A DNA stretch of 64,000 bases. Source: a candidate division FCPU426 bacterium. Its GTDB lineage: Bacteria; Oederibacteriota; Muellerivitia; Muellerivitales; Muellerivitaceae. The stretch's first letter is position 1. The number at the start of each line of letters is the position of its first letter. The stretch spans positions 128,001 to 192,000 of the forward strand of contig CAWCKJ010000004.1 of NCBI GenBank assembly GCA_963796105.1. Direction: 5' to 3'. Under the pieces are notes generated by a model that saw only the letters and a program-made list of their open reading frames with translations, did no database searches and was not told the origin of the DNA. This document shows positions 58,827-64,000 of the stretch, one piece after another. The position numbers and the translations under genes were made by a program.

Positions 58827-61800
58827 ATGACGCTATCAGACCTTTCCATCCGCAATCCGGTCTTCGCCTGGATGCTCATGGCGGCTTTCATCATCTTCGG
58901 TTTCATCTGCTGGGTGCGCATGGGAGTCTCGAACCTCCCGGACGTCAACTTCCCGGTCGTAAATATCTCCATCACCCTTCCCAACGCCTCTCCCGAGGTG
59001 GTGGAGTCGGACGTGGCCGATCCAGTGGAGCAGGCGGTTTTGGGGGCCCAAGGGGTTCAGGATGTGCAAACTACCTGCACCCAGGGCAACGCCAATATCA
59101 CGGTTTACCTGGATTTGAGCCGCGACGTCGATTCCGCAGTCCAGGACGTGCAAACCCTGGTCTTCCAGGCCCAAAAACAACTTCCGACAAATATTTTTCC
59201 GCCCGTGATTCGAAAGCAGAATCCAAATGCCTCGCCCATACTTTGGCTCGCGGTCACCGCAGACCCCCCCCTGACCGTCCGGGACCTGATGCTTTATTCC
59301 CGGGACCATATCCAGGATAAGTTCACGAGCCTCAACGGGGTTGCCAACGTATTCCTGGGTGGTTTTTTAAACCGTGAAATTAACCTTTGGGTGGACAATA
59401 ACAAGTTGAACGCCCGGCAATTGACGGCCCTCGATATCATCAGCACCATCCAGCACCAGCACCAGGAAACCCCGGCCGGCTCCCTGGAAACCCCGAACAC
59501 CCAGTACAACATCCGGGTCATGGGAGAAGCCTATACGGTTCCCGATTTCGCCAACCTGCCTATCCTCACCCGCGGCGGGTCGCCCAACTATACGCTGACC
59601 CGATTGAAAGACATTGCCACTATCGAGGACGGGGTCGTGACCCCAATCGTCCGCCTTTCCAGGTTCGACACGGTCACAGCGGTTGGTTTGGGAATCGTCA
59701 TGCAAGATGGTTTCAATGCGGTAGAGGTTGGCGACTCAGCGAAGGCCCGCATGGAGGAAGTTCGAGAAATCATTGCCCAAGGGTTTCCATATTAACCTTA
59801 ATTTCGATACCACCAAGTTCATCAAGGACAACGTCCATGAGCTGGAATTAACCATCCTTATCGCGACCTTCCTCACCGCGGGCGTATGCTTCCTTTTCCT
59901 GGGGAGTTTCTCCTCCACCGTGAACATCTTCCTGGCGATCCCGACCTCCCTCTTTGGGACCTTCATGGTCATGAGCCTCTTCGGCTTCAACCTGAACACC
60001 TTTACCTTGATGGCCCTTTCCCTATCCATCGGGGTCGTGGTAGATGACGCCATCATGGTTTTGGAAAATATCGTGCGCCACCAGGAAAAGGGCGAGGACC
60101 AGGTGGAAGCGGCCCTCATCGGCGCCAAGGAAATCACCTTCGCCGCCATGGCCACTTCGATTGCCATCGTGGCCATCTTCCTCCCCATCGCCTTCATGCA
60201 AGGCATCATAGGCAAGTTTTTCTTCCAGTTCGGGGTCACCCTCTCCGGCGCGGTTCTCATCTCGTTGTTGGAAGCCATCACCCTGACCCCAATGCGTTGT
60301 TCCGAATTCGTGCACGCGGCGGATGAGCACAGCAAGTTCAACCAGTTCGTGAACAAGCAGTTTCTCCTGATCACGGAGTCCTACAAAAAAACCCTGAGAT
60401 GGAGTTTGGATCACCGCTGGGCCGTGGTCCTGGCGGCGGGTTTCATTTTCTTCGGTTCTTTCGTCATGTTGAAATTCATCAAAGTAAATTTCAATCCTGC
60501 CACTGACCAGAGCGCCTTCGTCGTAAACATGAAACTTCCCGTGACTTATTCCCTGGACCACACCGACCAGATCGTACACCAGTGCGAGTCCATCCTGAGA
60601 CAACGCGGCGAGGTAAAACATCTTTACGCGGCCATCGGCGGTTTCGACGGGACAACACCCAACCAGGGTATTATATTTTTGACCATGAAGGATGCTTCGG
60701 ACCGTCCCGTGGCTTCCCTCTCGGAGAAATTTCCGGCCACTGGACCATTGTCTTTCATCACCAACCTATGGCGCCGCGTATCACCCCAGCGCCTGACTGA
60801 ATTCGAGTTCATGGGGGTGGTCCGTAATGCCCTTTCCAAGGTTTCGCCCGACCTGCAGGTTTTCTGCCTGGACTTGTCCCAGCGGGGCATGTCCACCGGA
60901 AAAGGCTACGCCGTGGAATTGATGATCACCGGACCGGATTGGGACACTCTGGGTGACTGTGTACAGAAAATCCGTAAAGCCTTCCGGGCCAGCCCGAAAT
61001 TGGCCGATTCGGACGACAACTTCTTGGACGGAATGCCTGAAATCAGGGTCATTCCCAACCGGGTAAAAGCCGCCCTTATGGGAGTTAATATGGACGACCT
61101 GGGGAACGTCATCGGGTCCACCATCGGGGGATACCAGTTCCAAGGTACTTATTTCCACGAGGGGGGCCACGACAATCCCATCGCCATCCGGGTCCCCGTG
61201 GACCAGCGCAAGGGACCTGACTCCATGAAGGATATTTATGTCCGTAATAACCGCGGTGAGGTGCTTCCCATTTCCGCGATCGCCACCCTGCAACAAGTCC
61301 CCTCGTACCAACAGATTTTCCGTGATAACCGCCAGAGGGCGGTTTACCTCACCTCTGGGGCCAGTAAGACCGCTTCCCAGCAGGAAGCCGTCCAGGAAGC
61401 CCTGTCCATTTGCAAGGGGATCCTGCCGCAGGGATACAACGTGCAATTGACCGGCTCGGCCCAAGCCAACGCCGACTCTATGAAACAACTATTGTTCGTC
61501 ATGCTCCTAGGGATCCTGGTGGCCTATATGGTCTTGGCCAGCCAGTTCAACAGTTTCCTTCACCCCATCATCATCTTGCTGGCCTTGCCTTTCTCTGTCA
61601 CCGGGGCATTTTTTAGCATGTGGCTCTTCAACCAAAGTCTGGGCATCTACAGCATCATCGGCATCATTCTGCTGATGGGACTGGTAAAGAAAAATTCCAT
61701 CATGTTGGTGGATTTTACCAACCAGCGCCGGCATAAGGGCATGAATGTTCACGACGCCTTGATGGACGCCTGTCCGGTGCGCTTGAGACCGATCCTGATG

Positions 61801-62055
61801 ACCTCTTCCGCCACCGTGGCGGGAGCCCTTCCCGCCGCCCTGGCCTGGGGACCCGGCGCCGAGCTGCGCCAACCCATGGCGATCGCCATCATTGGGGGCA
61901 TCATCTTCTCGACCCTCTTGACCCTGATCGTGGTGCCCTGCGCTTACAGCCTGATGAGCAGGTTGGAACGCCGGAAAGCCCACCATAGCACCGGATTCAA
62001 GGACCACCCAGACCAGGTTCCGAGCAACGAAAATACGGGTAACCCCGCGACTTAA
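58827..62055 (+). CDS. AcrB/AcrD/AcrF RND permease; single frameshift near 59765
   Basis: LSIRNPVF, LPDVNFP, GVVVDDAIMVLENI, KKNSIMLVDF and RLRPILMT. ORFs 58827..59795 and 59728..62055 join near EEV|KSLPKG. Confidence 0.9.
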
Positions 62056-62211
62056 TCACGATCAGAACCATCCAACCCTTCGTCGATAAGCCACAAGGGT
62101 TGAATTACTTGTCTTATTCTTCTTGTTTCCGCATCGCTCTGAAATCCTACCATTTTGGATTCGAGTGAAGTAGCATAGGCAAAATATGATTTTGCCATCG
62201 GGAGCCAACCC

Positions 62212-63750
62212 CTGAATCCCCAGACCCTTCAACAAATCCGTAACCATTATCCCTTATTGCTTTTTATCTTTGCTTATCTCCTTTGGGCTTTCTTGACCTA
62301 CACAGACTATGGAATGACTTTCGATGAGTCCGGCGTTTACGCCAGGGGTATGGGTCTAGGCCATTATCTGGTCCATGACGATTACGCTGGGTTTTTGCAT
62401 AAAAGCGTTCCGGATGACGGCCTTGTCATTTACGACCATCTCTATGCCATGCTGCTTGGCATCATCAATCCCAGGGGAGACCTGGATATTTACCATTTCC
62501 TTAATATGGTTTTTTGCCTGATCCTGTTCGCCACGGCTTTCGAGGCGCTTCTAAAGCAATACGGCAAACCCTGGCTGGCCGTGCTGGGCCCCCTTTTTAT
62601 TGCCTTAACTCCCCGTTTCCTGGGCGATATCCCCGGGAACCCCAAGGATATGCCTTTCGCGGTCTTCTATTTCCTGGCCCTTACCGGCATTTATTATTTC
62701 AACCACAAACCAGGAAATCCCCTTTTGAAAAACCTGATCCTGGGTATTTTATTCGGTTTTGCCCAGAGTTCCAGGATCCTGGGCTTCACCCTATACCCCG
62801 TTTACCTGATGTTCGACTTCCATGTCTTTTATCACCGGGATAAACCAGGTTTGAAGGAGTGGCGGTCCCACATCGCGGAGACTTTCGGAGTCATTCTGAC
62901 TATCCTGATAGTCTCGAGTTTCATCATGGTGGCTTCCTGGCCCTATCTGGGCGCCAATTTTTTCCGCCATATGATTGAAGCCTTCTCGATTTCCAAGAAT
63001 TTTTTCTGGAATAACAAGGTCCTATTCATGGGCCGGGAAATCCTCAGTTCTCAACTGCCCTGGTATTACGTCCCAGTCTGGCTTCTGGTCACGACGCCCC
63101 TTTTTATTCTATTCTTTCTCGGAGGGGCGCTTTTTTTCATCCGAAACAAGGCGGAAAACCCATGGGTGGTCCTGCTGGGATGCGCTTTGACTTTCAATGG
63201 GCTCCTTTTCATGCTTGCGAAACCCATTCTTTACGACGGTGTCAGGCACTTTCTATTCCTTCTTCCAATCCTGGGGGTATTGGCGGCCGCCTCAGCCTTG
63301 GAATTTTTCCAAAAATACTATTCCTCCCGCTTCGGCAAAATCGTGCTCGCTTTCGGCCTTTTGAACTTATTGGCCCTCTCTTCCCAGTTGGCCCGACTGC
63401 ACCCCTATGAATATGTGTATTTCAACGAGCTCACCGGCGGGGTGAAAGGTTCGGCGGGCCTCTTTGACAACGATTACTGGGGCGCCAGCTTCAAGGAAGG
63501 CGTGGAATGGCTCAAGCAAAACGCGATCCAGGATAGCAAAAAAACCTATAAAATCACCGGAACCGGCAGCCCCTACCAGATTTTTTACTACTTCTCGGAA
63601 AACATGAAATGGGTGGACGATTTAAAAAACGCCGATTATTCCCTTTCCTACACCAGGGACCATAAGCAGGAATCCGTGGACCCCTCCAAGGTCGTCCATG
63701 TGGTGGAACGGGAAGGGGTTCCCCTTTGCTATGTCTTTAAGCTGAAATGA
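62212..63750 (+). CDS. GT-C (ArnT/PMT-like) membrane glycosyltransferase
   Basis: DYGMTFDE, PRFLG..GNPKDMPF, LYDGVRHFLF, LHPYEYVYFN and DYWG. Start may be CTG 62212 (GGAG 7 nt upstream) or TTG 62257. Confidence 0.75.
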   Translation: MNPQTLQQIRNHYPLLLFIFAYLLWAFLTYTDYGMTFDESGVYARGMGLGHYLVHDDYAGFLHKSVPDDGLVIYDHLYAMLLGIINPRGDLDIYHFLNMVFCLILFATAFEALLKQYGKPWLAVLGPLFIALTPRFLGDIPGNPKDMPFAVFYFLALTGIYYFNHKPGNPLLKNLILGILFGFAQSSRILGFTLYPVYLMFDFHVFYHRDKPGLKEWRSHIAETFGVILTILIVSSFIMVASWPYLGANFFRHMIEAFSISKNFFWNNKVLFMGREILSSQLPWYYVPVWLLVTTPLFILFFLGGALFFIRNKAENPWVVLLGCALTFNGLLFMLAKPILYDGVRHFLFLLPILGVLAAASALEFFQKYYSSRFGKIVLAFGLLNLLALSSQLARLHPYEYVYFNELTGGVKGSAGLFDNDYWGASFKEGVEWLKQNAIQDSKKTYKITGTGSPYQIFYYFSENMKWVDDLKNADYSLSYTRDHKQESVDPSKVVHVVEREGVPLCYVFKLK

Positions 63751-63761
63751 CCCCGTCAGCC

Positions 63762-64000
63762 ATGAATGACAAGGACCTGAAGGAACTTCAAAAGAACTGG
63801 GACCAAATGGGCCGTCAGGACCCTTTCTACGGCGTCTTGAGCCATCCGGAAAAATTCAACCGGGGCTGGGAGGCGGGGGAATTCTTCGAGACGGGGCGCA
63901 AGGAAATTGACGCCTTGATGACGCGGGCGCGGACCCTGGGATGGAACCCCACCGGGAAGGCCCTAGATTTCGGATGCGCGGTGGGTCGTCTGACCCAGGC
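63762..64000 (+). CDS. Class I SAM-dependent methyltransferase (partial, runs off the window)
   Basis: MNDKDLKELQKNWDQMG..DP...EFFETG...KALDFGCAVGRLTQ (motif I). Confidence 0.85.
   Translation, partial: MNDKDLKELQKNWDQMGRQDPFYGVLSHPEKFNRGWEAGEFFETGRKEIDALMTRARTLGWNPTGKALDFGCAVGRLTQ

Noticed and set aside
1..64000. tRNA, rRNA or prophage genes
   Set aside because: None recognised by inspection; a covariance-model scan would be needed to exclude small RNAs.

Overview
Bacterial chromosomal window from a GC-rich diderm organism, with AT-rich accessory patches. Giant Thr-rich secreted proteins, a YPNP-type C-terminal tail and many GT-C-like membrane proteins resemble candidate lineages such as FCPU426, but this taxonomy is inference only. 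The left part (1-20 kb) encodes GT-C-type glycosyltransferases, a 1789-aa GH5 on a mucin-like Thr stalk, a Deg protease paired with a copy lacking the catalytic Ser, a decayed or fused BrnT/BrnA module, and a modular lipoprotein with a 498-bp duplicated domain. The middle (20-39 kb) is rich in mobile and repeat DNA: a complete IS1380; three TTCC-core tandem arrays bounded by shared motifs; a repeat-punctuated accessory tract downstream of nrdJ (Mrr plus a DUF4258/DUF2283 pair whose toxin is split by a cargo-carrying IS1595); a heavily frameshifted nrdJ with NrdR boxes; and full and empty copies of a GIY-YIG-associated palindromic element flanking pgi. The right part holds housekeeping and envelope genes: MCP, cysteine desulfurase, SpoIID-TPR, HU, comEC with a poly-G frameshift, GH2, an ECF/anti-sigma/TolC/RND cluster without an MFP gene, a GT-C protein and a methyltransferase. 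No rRNA, tRNA or CRISPR array was recognised. Several frameshifts may be sequencing or assembly errors.
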